64,000 nucleotides of DNA from a virus (taxonomy: Duplodnaviria > Heunggongvirae > Uroviricota > Caudoviricetes), in IMG/VR virus record IMGVR_UViG_3300044796_000394; one strand, given 5' to 3'. The notes under the pieces were generated by a model, which was not told where the DNA came from, made no database searches, and saw only the letters and a list, made by a program, of their open reading frames with translations. Below, in pieces: positions 47,913 to 58,362 of the stretch (position 1 is its first letter; each line of letters opens with the position of its first letter). Both the position numbers and the translations under genes were made by a program.

Positions 47913-48817
47913 AAACTACAATCGCAGATTGTTTTTGTGGGTTTGCAATTAGCTTTGCTGGAGCAATGACTGGCGCTTCCGTTTCTTCTGTATTTAATAT
48001 TCCCGATTTGTGCGGATTCATGATCGGTGGCATCATTGGATTTTTCATCTGGTGTCTCATCGAAATCTATAAGAGGGTATTCCCATGACAGGTTATGATG
48101 GTTTAAGGATCATGGTAACGTCATTTGGCGGTGCTGTTATAGGCTGCGCAATATGTGACTCCCTAATCGCTGGTGTGATTGGATGTTTTTTCGGAACCTA
48201 CATTGGTTACATGAGTTGGCATCACAGAACACAAGAAAAGGTTAATAATGGAAATCAAAAGTAATATGGGCAATTTCGGTGCCCACGTACATAATGGCGG
48301 TATCTACGGTAAAATCACCGCAGAGAAACCACATGATAGCGAACACTTTAATTATGAATTTGAAATTGGTGTGAGTAATTTTGCGTGTCTCACAAATACA
48401 ACATTCAATCTACAAGATCGTGAGCTTGTAGAAGAGATGATTGCTGCGTTAACAAATACTCTTAACCACATGAAATCTCACAATATTGCTGAGTACATTT
48501 AGGAGTTTGATATGGATGGTTGTTATAGAAACGGCGAATTGATTACCGCCGGAAGAATGGAAGATGAACCTTGGTATTCAAACTATCAGGGTGTTATGGA
48601 AGTCATGAGTTGCGGCCCAACTAAAGATCATGAGAATTTTTACGAAGAATTACCCGATGGTCTCGAAAGAGCATTGGTTGATTGTAAGGCGTACCTCTAC
48701 GAAGCACCAAATATGCCTTCTGATGAAGTATTAACTAAGTGGATTGAGAGCAGTTGGTTAAATCAAGAGGCTCTTCAGCAACTCAAAGCGATACTCAATC
48801 ACCCTTTTCCAGCCTAA
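47909..48817 (+). other. Small hypothetical genes (47909-48088 and 48085-48264 membrane peptides; 48248-48502; 48512-48817)
   Basis: Coupled ORFs; the first two are 59-aa Gly-rich hydrophobic peptides. Confidence 0.55.
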
Positions 48818-50056
48818 CTATGGATTTTTGCAATCTAAAAGCGAAGGATAATCTTTATGACTATCTTCAATAAAAGATTGTGTAGACACCTCAGTTAAAA
48901 TACTGTTTTTTCTGGCATAGATTTGATGAACGACCTTGCGATCAACTTCAAGTTTGCCGCCCTCTTCAAGTACCATATATTCTTGTGTATCATCGATGTC
49001 GGTTAGTATAACTTCAAACTCGCCAACCAAACAATGCCAAGCTTCTTTTTTGATGGTGTGATAGTGATTACTGAAATATTGATCTTTAAAAAATATCAAA
49101 TATTTTAAACAATAATCACTATGGTTTGCTATATGAACTTCCAATCCCCATGTTTTTTTAACAAGAGTAGAAGATGACAAAGTAACGGCAAATAAGGTTC
49201 GCCAAAAATGTCTATCTTTGCTATTGGTAAAAGAATGACAACGACGACAAAGTGGTACTAAATTTTTATCACAACAATTATTTTTATCGTAATCGATATG
49301 GTGAACACTCATGTTTTCACCATTGTCATCTTTTGTTTTTCCACAAATAAAACAAAGATTGTTAAATTTTTCACGACAATCTTGTGCCGCTTTCTTGAAT
49401 TCTTTGGGATAAAGAATGGGTGCTGTTTGTCCTTCATTTGAACTTTGATTGCCACGCCAACATTCAAGTGAACAAAATTTTCTAATAGACCCCGGACTCA
49501 TTCCGTTGCGTGAATAAGAAAACATTTTTTGGCAACCTAAGCAAACACAAGACTCTCTCGGCGTCCAATTGGGATTATTTTCACCAATCCTAATTTTACT
49601 CATGTAAATGCTGTTACATTCGTTCGAGCAAAATTTTTGAGAGCCATAATGTGAAAAATTTTTATGACATTCTTGGCATTCTGATAATTGTTTTATAGAT
49701 TCTGGTCTGACTATGGATTTAGATTGACAAGATCGTGAACAATATAGTTGCCCTCTTTGACCATAAGGCACTTCGAAATTTTCACTACAACAATTGCAAC
49801 TAATAGTCAATTTGTTCAATTCATCTTTATTACGACGTGCTGCTGAAGCAGTTTTGATTGCTTCGGTATGAGATTTTTTGAAATTTTCGTTAACTAAATA
49901 TTTTTTTTTGTGAATACACAAATTGCATAAGACTTGATTGTGGCATAATTGTGAAGTTTTTGCTGTATCTGTTCTTCTTAAAAATGAGCAGCCGCATTGT
50001 TCACATAAATATTCACTTTTTTTCCGAACTCTAATTGATGCTTCAGTTGTATTCAT
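48818..50056 (-). CDS. Zinc-finger/HNH endonuclease fused to a C-terminal cupin domain
   Basis: Repeated CxxC...(Y/F)CSxxC fingers, GENNPNW, CFICG...VHHIDYDKNN...NLVPLCRRCH (HNH), then KKTWG.E...N...YC.K.L...FSNHYH..K.E.W...G...H (cupin). Confidence 0.8.
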   Translation of the reverse strand: MNTTEASIRVRKKSEYLCEQCGCSFLRRTDTAKTSQLCHNQVLCNLCIHKKKYLVNENFKKSHTEAIKTASAARRNKDELNKLTISCNCCSENFEVPYGQRGQLYCSRSCQSKSIVRPESIKQLSECQECHKNFSHYGSQKFCSNECNSIYMSKIRIGENNPNWTPRESCVCLGCQKMFSYSRNGMSPGSIRKFCSLECWRGNQSSNEGQTAPILYPKEFKKAAQDCREKFNNLCFICGKTKDDNGENMSVHHIDYDKNNCCDKNLVPLCRRCHSFTNSKDRHFWRTLFAVTLSSSTLVKKTWGLEVHIANHSDYCLKYLIFFKDQYFSNHYHTIKKEAWHCLVGEFEVILTDIDDTQEYMVLEEGGKLEVDRKVVHQIYARKNSILTEVSTQSFIEDSHKDYPSLLDCKNP

Positions 50057-50074
50057 ATATTGATAGAGTATAAT
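50047..50074 (+). promoter_or_regulatory. Possible sigma70-type promoter
   Basis: TTGTAT-16 nt-TATAAT ahead of the GAGGT Shine-Dalgarno of 50101. Confidence 0.45.
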
Positions 50075-50100
50075 GTAGGAAATTAACCTCAGAGGTAGTT

Positions 50101-51769
50101 ATGTCAAACCAGTTAAAAATGGACGAACTTATCAGCAACCTCACCAACGATCCAAATGCTCGTAAAGAGTGGTTGGAAGTGGCGAAACGACTGGAAGCTA
50201 AGTATCCACAAGACAAGGCTGTTAAAGAAACCAAGTCGCCCGGCAAAGCCTTAAAAGTAGCTGCCCGCACATCGGATGCTGATTGTTGTCGTTTGCTTTA
50301 TGACGATGGATACTCTCTCTGCTTCACTTCGGAAGGGAATATGTTCATCGAGAATGCCACAGACCAAGCTTCGAAGAGTGCAAAGACAATTCAGGAAAAC
50401 TATCCATCAGTATTTCAGACATTCATGGAAAACCACCTTCTCGATCTTGAAGATATGATGTTCGTTGTAAATCATACGGGCTACATGTTCAGTCGTGAGG
50501 CAGTTAAGGGTTTTGACAGACATAAGGCAGTTGTTGCTAAATCGGTACAAAAAACCCAATACATTAACAAAGATAACAAACGGGCTTTCATGGCCGGTCT
50601 TGTTTGTGGGAGACTCGGATAATGAGCGGCCCCGGCGAATATGCATTGGACAAAAAAAAGAAAGTTAAGTATTTTGCTGTAGGGCATAGCCTTGTAGTAA
50701 AGAAAACAGCACTTGTTGCCAAACTTGTTGAAGTGAGTGAGGAAAAAGATTCTTATAAGCTTCAATATCCAGATGGACAATACAAGTGGCACAAGAGAAC
50801 CGAATGTGTATCTGACTCATTGGTGAGATGTACAGTTTGTAGAGGTATGATAAAAAGCCTCTATAAACGAAATCCAAAAGGGTGGCTTCAAACTTTCGTT
50901 GGCTTGCATGGCAACCCTACCTGTGTAGGAAGTTTTGCTCCAAGTGAAGGATGCCGATTGTTATGAAAGAAAGATCGATTCGTGAAATATTTGGAGTTGA
51001 CTACTTGTTAAATTCCAATAACTCTACTGGATTCGTTAACTCTTGTGGGCATTGTGGAAATTGGCACCCTAATGCTGCTTGCCCACGTATCAGAGCCATC
51101 GAATATTATCCAGATGGTACTGTCAAAAAAGTAGTGTATCATACAGACAAGAAGAAGCCCGTTAAATCCAAAACCAAAAACCCATTTGAATTCTAATGCT
51201 GATACTTGCTATTATTTTATATATTGCCGGTGCCTTAGTAACGATATTGTGTGATTATTGGGAAGATGTGCCAGATCGTGGCGCTCATCCCATTTGCTAT
51301 TTGGGCGTTTTGATGATGTTTATTGCCATTGCTTTAATGATCGTAGACATTCAATAATCCATTTGAGTTAATTATGAAATATCCCCACGCCCCATATAGA
51401 CCAGTACCACCCGTAAAGACGAAAACAGTTAATCACGGCTCTGAAGTGATTTATACTGGCGATCTTTTTGCTCTTGATCAAATACCAAGCAGTGCTACCC
51501 ATATGAAATTTGACAGGGGCGATGACAGTTACGATGGTTGTCAAGAAGTTCGTTTTATTGAACAAGTTAATTTGAGCGAAGAAGAGATAGCCAAAGATAC
51601 CGCTGCTTACGAAAAGAAATTAAAGAAGTACGAAAAAGATTTAGCTAAATTCAATTCGGATTTGAAATCTTATAACGAAAACGCCAAAAACAGAAAACTG
51701 GAACAACAAAGAAAACAATATCTCAGACTCAAGAAGAAGTTTGAGAATATTGACGAAATAAAAAGTTAG
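50101..51769 (+). other. Small hypothetical genes (50101-50622, 50622-50966, 50951-51196, 51196-51357 membrane peptide, 51374-51769)
   Basis: Coupled ORFs; no family recognised. Confidence 0.6.
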
Positions 51770-52782
51770 ATAACGCCGACTTTTTTCCAAGCCTTGTTGA
51801 ATGCATTGGTTTCCGGACCGGGGCCGAACAATTTGCGACTGACCTTTAACGTCAGATCGGCAAAATCTTGGAAAGTTGTATTAGGATCTGAAAGCCTGCG
51901 AGTTAAGGTGTTATACCAGACTCTACCCGCTTTCTCCCAAGCATTGCCCCCAATATCCACGGCAGCAAGATAAAATGCGTGCGAAGGAATACCACAATTC
52001 ATGTGAATTCCACCGTTATCATCAGTTGTATTGACGTAGTCCTTCATATCAGCAACACACGGATCTTTGCCCAATACTTTATCATCGTAAGCTGTACCGG
52101 GTGCTTTGAGACTTCGGATACCAACACCATTGACTTTTTTAGTGAATAAGCCTGCTCCAATAATCCATTCGGCTTGATCTGCTGTTTGTTTGTGCTTATA
52201 CTGTAATGACAAGCTTCCGAATACGTCAGAAATGGCTTCATTCATAGCGCCGGGTTGATCGTGGTAACCTAACTGAAGAATCGAACCAGTAACGCCGTGA
52301 GTCATTTCATGGCCGATAACTTCAAGACACTTGGTAAATCTTAAAAAGATTTTTCCATCACCGTCACCAAAAACCATGCGTTCGCCATTCCAGAAAGCAT
52401 TGTTAAAGTTTTTGCCGAAGTGAACGGTGCTAAATAACTTCATCCCGTTTCCATCGAGTGAATTGCGGTTGTAAGCACCAAGATAAAAGTCGTAAACGTC
52501 GCCTGTGTGTTCGTATGCTTCATCTACTGATTTGTCGCCATCTGGTGCTTGGCCTTCTTTGCGACTAACTTGACCAATGAGGTTTTGTGTGTGATCAGCA
52601 CTTTGAATAACTCGGAATTTGCCACTGTCTCTTTTACCGAGATTGTAACGACCGAGAATTTCCCGGTGTCCACGAATTCTTTCACTGGAAGTCAAAGTGG
52701 CTAATGCCCAATGTTTTTGATCGTTTTCACCGTGGTTAACGATGTGTTTCAAGATATGAGGCGGCAAGATATAATTAAGCAT
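51766..52782 (-). CDS. M4 (thermolysin/protealysin-like) metalloprotease
   Basis: Short propeptide with ILPPHIL, NNAFWNG..MVFGDGD, HEMTH (HExxH), GAMNEA.SD, DNGGIH.N.GIP. Confidence 0.93.
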   Translation of the reverse strand: MLNYILPPHILKHIVNHGENDQKHWALATLTSSERIRGHREILGRYNLGKRDSGKFRVIQSADHTQNLIGQVSRKEGQAPDGDKSVDEAYEHTGDVYDFYLGAYNRNSLDGNGMKLFSTVHFGKNFNNAFWNGERMVFGDGDGKIFLRFTKCLEVIGHEMTHGVTGSILQLGYHDQPGAMNEAISDVFGSLSLQYKHKQTADQAEWIIGAGLFTKKVNGVGIRSLKAPGTAYDDKVLGKDPCVADMKDYVNTTDDNGGIHMNCGIPSHAFYLAAVDIGGNAWEKAGRVWYNTLTRRLSDPNTTFQDFADLTLKVSRKLFGPGPETNAFNKAWKKVGVI

Positions 52783-52787
52783 AACGA

Positions 52788-52794
52788 TATTTAG
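52788..52794 (-). promoter_or_regulatory. T4-late-like promoter motif CTAAATA, 5 nt before ATG
   Basis: CTAAATA-tcgtt-ATG; its first 10 nt are identical to the site at 4241. Confidence 0.55.
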
Positions 52795-52823
52795 AAGAAC
52801 ATTTTCATTTTAAGGAATTTGAG

Positions 52824-53537
52824 ATGGCAAAAATTAAAGTCATTCAAGGTAATCAGCCATTCATGCTCATCGCTCCACACGGCGCTGGGCCTACCGACTT
52901 GTGGTCTGCCGAACAAACAGAACACATGGCCAAAGTTCTCGATTGCTCTGCCGTCATTAACGTCGGCTGGAAACGACCTTGGACTGGAAACATTGAAGGT
53001 ACGAATGATCGTTGGCCTCATGAAAAACTTGACATTGCCAACGGTATCGCCAATCTTAACGATACCACTCATTGTCGCATGAAACCTCTCAACGATGAGT
53101 TCCTACGGCCCATCAATCGTCTCAAGAGCGATATTGTTCTGGATTACGGTAAATGTGCCATTTACATTATTCATGGCATGGATGACATTGTACGCAATTA
53201 TAAGGGTGTCGATCTAGTAGTCGGGGATGGTCTTGGCGAACCCGACAGATCATCCTGTACACGAACATTTAGTGATAAGTTCATCAGTTCCTTGAATGGA
53301 CACTTTACGCCCGCTAGAGGAAAACCGGGTGGTCGTTTCAGTGGTTGGAAGCAAACCAACCTTAATCAACTTTTCCAGAACGACGCCCAAATCATGAGCG
53401 TTCAAATTGAAATGGGGTTAAGTATCCGTGAAAATCTTAAAGATGCTTTGAAGATGGGTGAACGTCTGGCCGATGGTATTCTTACCAATCACTTCGGCAA
53501 AAATGTTAAGATCATGGGTTCTATCCCTGAAAGATAA
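52824..53537 (+). CDS. N-formylglutamate amidohydrolase / Zn-exopeptidase-fold-like protein
   Basis: MLIAPHG...D, YIIHG and SVQIEMG motifs. Confidence 0.55.
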   Translation: MAKIKVIQGNQPFMLIAPHGAGPTDLWSAEQTEHMAKVLDCSAVINVGWKRPWTGNIEGTNDRWPHEKLDIANGIANLNDTTHCRMKPLNDEFLRPINRLKSDIVLDYGKCAIYIIHGMDDIVRNYKGVDLVVGDGLGEPDRSSCTRTFSDKFISSLNGHFTPARGKPGGRFSGWKQTNLNQLFQNDAQIMSVQIEMGLSIRENLKDALKMGERLADGILTNHFGKNVKIMGSIPER

Positions 53538-54129
53538 GTTCTGAATACGCACGCCAATTGGTCGTGTATCCAAACCTGTCCATGATTTCATGATTAGATT
53601 CAATGACTTTTTTGAGAAGCGGTTTAGTGTACCAGCGATCCAACGCAACACCTTCGTTTTTGCGTTGGGTACTACGAGCGAACTTAGGATCAAAAGTTTC
53701 ACCGGAAGTTGTTAATGCAGCAATCAAGTCTGTTGACAAGTTTTCTGTACGTCCGATGAAGTCGCATCCGTCGCAATAGGTTTCATAGATTTTAGTTAAG
53801 TTTGTGCGGTCTAATACATTGGCAACCCAAAATTGAAAATCATTGAGTTCTGTATCGTCGGCTAATTCAAATCCCGGTTGGTTTTTGAGTTTTACAGGAT
53901 GATTGTCTCTGGCAAACTTACCAGACCAGCGACTTTGATACCACGTCACAGGATTACGAACAAAAGTAAAATATTTCCTATTGCCGATGAAATGCTTGAA
54001 TTTTTTGGGTGGATAGTGGATTGCGGCGATGTTTTGTACTAGGTTCATTCTCCGAAGCACGGCAGATACCCACGTTCCGCCGGTCTTTGGAATGTGAACG
54101 AATACTGATTTTGGCAAGATGATAGGCAC
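53521..54129 (-). CDS. Sulfotransferase family protein
   Basis: FVHIPKTGGT (5'-PSB), FVRNP..WY.S (3'-PB), FIGR.ENL..D. Confidence 0.88.
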   Translation of the reverse strand: MPIILPKSVFVHIPKTGGTWVSAVLRRMNLVQNIAAIHYPPKKFKHFIGNRKYFTFVRNPVTWYQSRWSGKFARDNHPVKLKNQPGFELADDTELNDFQFWVANVLDRTNLTKIYETYCDGCDFIGRTENLSTDLIAALTTSGETFDPKFARSTQRKNEGVALDRWYTKPLLKKVIESNHEIMDRFGYTTNWRAYSELIFQG

Positions 54130-54147
54130 TCAATATAGAGAGTTATC

Positions 54148-54903
54148 GTGAAATTTAACGAATTGAAGGTTGGTTCAAAAATTCGCATTGTAAGTTTGCC
54201 GGGAATTGGCATTCTTAATTATTGCATGCATTGGGAAACGGTAGAAGCATACGAAAAATTAATAGCCCGCAAAAGAGCAGTTAGAATTTCCGAAATTACA
54301 GTAGATGGATTGCCGTGGTTTGAATTCAAATTGAAACATGCGGGTAAAATGGAACATCATCGCATGTGTGTAGCCCCCGATGATATGAATTGGGTTCCTG
54401 TTAAATCAAGAAAGTAATCATGCCATTTCTAGGACTTGCTTGTACGAAACCCGGACATACTGACAAAGAAATTACAAAATTGTTAGTGACAAAGCATCAA
54501 CATGATGTTATACTACTTCCTCTCAAAGTTGGCTATTTTCACGTAGAAAATGTCCCCGATGATTTACTGGAACCTTTGAAAGAAATTGCCAGAGTGTATC
54601 GTGGCGAATTAGTGAAACCGGGCAGCCCAGAGATGGAAAGACTTAAAGAAGTACATTATCCCCACTTAAACGGATATTAACATGTCTCTCGTTTTTATTA
54701 CACCGAAAACCGGACATACAATGCAAAAGGTGTTTAATTACCTACTTTCCAAAGATATTGACATCACTACGGTGAATGTCATCACAATGAAGGCCAAAGT
54801 ACCCAAAAAGTACTTTGAACAGTTAGAGAAAATGGCTACGGTTATCACACAGGAACATTATGAACAAACTCTACCCAACGCTCAGCAAGTACATTCTGGC
54901 TGA
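54148..54903 (+). other. Three small hypothetical genes (54148-54417, 54420-54680, 54682-54903)
   Basis: Abutting ORFs; the last two share an N-terminal (K/T)(P/T)GHT motif. Confidence 0.55.
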
Positions 54904-56077
54904 CAAAAATGCCATCACCGTAGACCTTGACAGAAGTCATGGATCATGGTTAGTGGATGATGAGGGACGAGAACGGCTCGATCTCTTCTCTCAATATGCA
55001 AGTCAACCCTTGGGTTGGAACGATCCAGATGTACTGGCTCAAAAAGACCGGCTCATCCGTATCGTTCAACACAACGTTGCTAACCCTGATTTTTACACTC
55101 CTGAATATGCTCAATTCGTAGAGACATTCGCATCATTCGGCAGTGATTTCAAACACTTCTTCTTCATTGCCGGTGGTACATTGGGTGTAGAGAATGCCTT
55201 GAAAGCAGCATTTGATTACAAGGCAAAAAAGAATGGTTGGTCGGGTGAAAAAGTTAACAGTTTGGATGTAATTCATTTCCGCAATGCATTCCACGGACGA
55301 AGCGGTTATACATTATCACTAACCAATACCACTCCGGACAAGACCGACAATTTCCCCAAGTTCGATTGGACTCGGATGGATATTCCGAATGATGAAATTG
55401 GAGAAGAAAGCGTACTGGACGAGATTTGTGGCAGACTTAACCACAACAAGGAAGTGGCAGCAATTCTGATTGAACCTATTCAGGGTGAAGGTGGTGATAA
55501 TCACTTTACGCCGTCGTTTATGTTTGAATTGAAGAAATTGGCAGACGAATATGATGTCATGTTGATTTTGGATGAAGTTCAGACGGGAATGGGATTAACT
55601 GGTAAGACTTGGGCGTACGAGCATTATGGCATCGTACCTGACTTGATTTCCTTTGGCAAAAAGGTTCAAGTGTGTGGTTGTGCGTCCACTGGCAAGATTG
55701 ATGCTGTACCAGACAACGTATTCAAGGTCAAGTCCCGCATTAACAGTACGTGGGGCGGGAATTTGGTGGATATGGTACGATCAACGATTAGCATGGAAGT
55801 GATTCGTGAAAGAAAGTTGATAGAAAATGCAGCCAAGGTAGGCAAATACTTCCAAATCAAACTTGCAAAGTTGGGATTGGAAAACCTACGTGGTAAAGGG
55901 TTGATGATTGCTTTTGATCTTCCCAACAGCGATAGCAGGAACAAATTCCTAGATCGTTTGCATGAAAAAGCGATTGCGATCAAATGTGGCAAAAAGAGTG
56001 TCAGATTACGACCGCACTTAACTTTTGGAACAGAGGAGGCCGATTTGGCCGTCGATATGATCCGTGAATCTTTATAA
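54860..56077 (+). CDS. lat: L-lysine 6-transaminase (class III PLP aminotransferase)
   Basis: LDLFSQYAS.PLG.N, GG.LGVENALKAAFD, AFHGRSGYTLSLTNT, EPIQGEGGDNHF, DEVQTG, FGKK.QVCG, SRINSTWGGNL.DM.R. Confidence 0.9.
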   Translation: MNKLYPTLSKYILADKNAITVDLDRSHGSWLVDDEGRERLDLFSQYASQPLGWNDPDVLAQKDRLIRIVQHNVANPDFYTPEYAQFVETFASFGSDFKHFFFIAGGTLGVENALKAAFDYKAKKNGWSGEKVNSLDVIHFRNAFHGRSGYTLSLTNTTPDKTDNFPKFDWTRMDIPNDEIGEESVLDEICGRLNHNKEVAAILIEPIQGEGGDNHFTPSFMFELKKLADEYDVMLILDEVQTGMGLTGKTWAYEHYGIVPDLISFGKKVQVCGCASTGKIDAVPDNVFKVKSRINSTWGGNLVDMVRSTISMEVIRERKLIENAAKVGKYFQIKLAKLGLENLRGKGLMIAFDLPNSDSRNKFLDRLHEKAIAIKCGKKSVRLRPHLTFGTEEADLAVDMIRESL

Positions 56078-56079
56078 CT

Positions 56080-58265
56080 ATGAGAACCATGAAAAACAAA
56101 AAAATAATTGAACTAGCTCCAACGGCACTCAACTACGGCTTCTACGGCTACAAAATACGAAAAGAAGATTTTGGTATTGGGTATCTTTCCGTACCGGGTG
56201 AATTCGCCAACACAAACAGTAATTGGGGTGAAATATCATCAAAAACCCTTTTCCAGTGGCACAGTTGTCGTGAAACTTTTCATCGGGTGTGTACCAGACA
56301 AAAGGTAAAGAAATTTCTCTTTAGAACACCTGTACCTAATAAGGTCATTGCCTTTATGGAAGGGATTCAAGACAAACTCAAACTCGAAGGTTCTGATAGA
56401 CTAAAAATTCTGAGAACAAATTTTAAGAATATCGTTTGTGTTTTTATGAGTCGTTGGTGGCGTGTCCAAATCCGTCGCAGCTTATTAACCGTCTTATTAA
56501 GAGCAAGCCGTTCTTCAAGAGTCAATTCTTGGGAAGCTATTGGTCCAAAGAACAAGTACCTTGGCAATCAAATTGCTTTTAGAAGATTCATGAATGGTCA
56601 CACTAAGTATAATGGTCAATTGCTCGGCGGTTGGCGAAGTGCACTTGGTTATCGTACTGAAAAAGAAATCAAGAAAAAGCTCCTCAAAGGCTAAGAATGC
56701 TGTGTGTAATCAACCCTGAAAAAATTGAGAATTTAACTTTTACGGCTTCCGAAAAGGAGTGGCGGGTTTTCCTATCAAAATCTTGTGTGGCAAGTTCCGC
56801 CTCTGCTTTTCTGGAAGTGCTTTGTATCGGTGTCAGTCACGAATATACTGTTTACAAAGTGAAGCAAAGAGGTTATATTCATGAGTATATTCCCAACTTT
56901 TACTTGGGACAGGTTAAATTTACTCAGCTTGAGCGTAGTGATGTAATATCAACAATCAATTTCAGACAACAGTAAGAGGATCGACAATGTGCGATCAAAC
57001 TTGGTGGAATGAAGTCAAAAGGTTAATGGTCGAGAACTTCTATCGTAGTCCCGAAGACGCCGATAAGATCATAGAAAAACGAAAACTAACTGCAATTGTG
57101 GACTTTAACGATTCCGCATTGTATGAAGCGGAATCTCTTTCTTGGAATATTAATGACAAACCTAGCATTCGGCGCTGAAACTGTAACCCTTGTCGTCAAT
57201 CGTGATGAGGTTTTATACAAAGGCACTAAAAATGCGTGGCTTTATGTTTTCGCCCACTGTCCAATTATAGATGGATGGAAAAAGGGTGAAAGAATTTGTC
57301 ATGAATTGTATTTTTCCAGTAAGGAAAAATTTGAAGAACTTTGGGGGCGTCCCATTGACGACAGAGAAGCTTTGATTAAAGTTTGGGTGCCCGAAGATTT
57401 TGATGATTGGGATTACATTCCAAACGATTATTAACGGAGCAAAAGCATGCAAGTCAACTTCCCAGAGTTTGTTGAAATCATGCGGGTGGCTGAAAAGGAA
57501 AATGAAATCTCACGTGAAGAATCTTTACTGATTCGTAATCAAGTGAGTACGCTAATGCGGCCAAAGTGTCCACCTAAGCTGGCACTTGCATTAGCCCTCG
57601 GTGTTAACGCAAAACTCAAACGTTCGGTTGTTCAAATTAAGTGAGTTAACTATGAGAAGTATGGATGCTTGTGAGTTGGAGCGACTTATCAAAGAGACCT
57701 ACAACGCAAACGAGGAACAATGTGATATTGTCTCTGGCATAATGATGGATCAAAAAATCATTGAGGCCGATGCATATTCACAAGACCCAGACAAGGATGC
57801 TGATTCAAAGGAAGTAATTAAGAAGTTTATAGCAGGCGAGTTGGAGCTAAGCGAGCATTATCCTGACAACGCCCAAACGATGGGGCCGCAGGTGCTTGAA
57901 TACATCATCAACGACCTTTGCTTCAAGAAAAAAATCAAAAAGGGTGAATTCCTCATTCGTTTTGATGATTAACAAAAAGAATTACCATGAATCCAGAAAA
58001 GCAAGCCATTTTTGATCTAGTGACTTTGGGATACAATGTAGACTGTATCAATCTCAATGTAGGCTTCTTAACTATCAGACCGCTTGTCAATGGGCAGTAT
58101 CTTGTATCTCATGATTTGGGTGCCCCACTCGACTTTGATGACCCTATGATGAGTTACGAATCTCTAGATGATACACCGCTTGATTTGAATACGAATTGGA
58201 ACAAGACCTTTAATGATTTGAGTGAAGCGGTAGATTTGTTTGTAAGTTTGAGAGATTTCGGGTAA
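56080..58265 (+). other. Run of small hypothetical genes (56080-56694, 56697-56975, 56987-57178, about 57153-57434, 57447-57644, about 57652-57972, 57987-58265)
   Basis: Tightly packed co-oriented ORFs; no family recognised. Confidence 0.6.
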
Positions 58266-58271
58266 GATTGA

Positions 58272-58345
58272 GGCCAAGTGGTGGAACGGTTATACACGTT
58301 AGTTTTAGGAACTAATTTTTGAGGGTTCGAATCCCTCCTTGGTCA
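58272..58345 (+). tRNA. tRNA-Leu(UAG) with a short 5-nt variable loop and no encoded CCA
   Basis: Acceptor GGCCAAG/CTTGGTC plus A73; D arm GTG-GAACGGTTATA-CAC; anticodon arm TTAGT-TTTAGGA-ACTAA; variable region TTTTT; T arm GAGGG-TTCGAAT-CCCTC. Confidence 0.9.
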
Positions 58346-58362
58346 CTAAACAGGAGAATTTC

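Noticed and set aside
58304-58310. TAG in the tRNA anticodon loop read as an amber suppressor or sign of stop-codon recoding
   Set aside because: Anticodon UAG reads CUA (Leu); an amber suppressor would have anticodon CUA. Long conserved genes are uninterrupted in code 11, and TAA, TAG and TGA all terminate genes.
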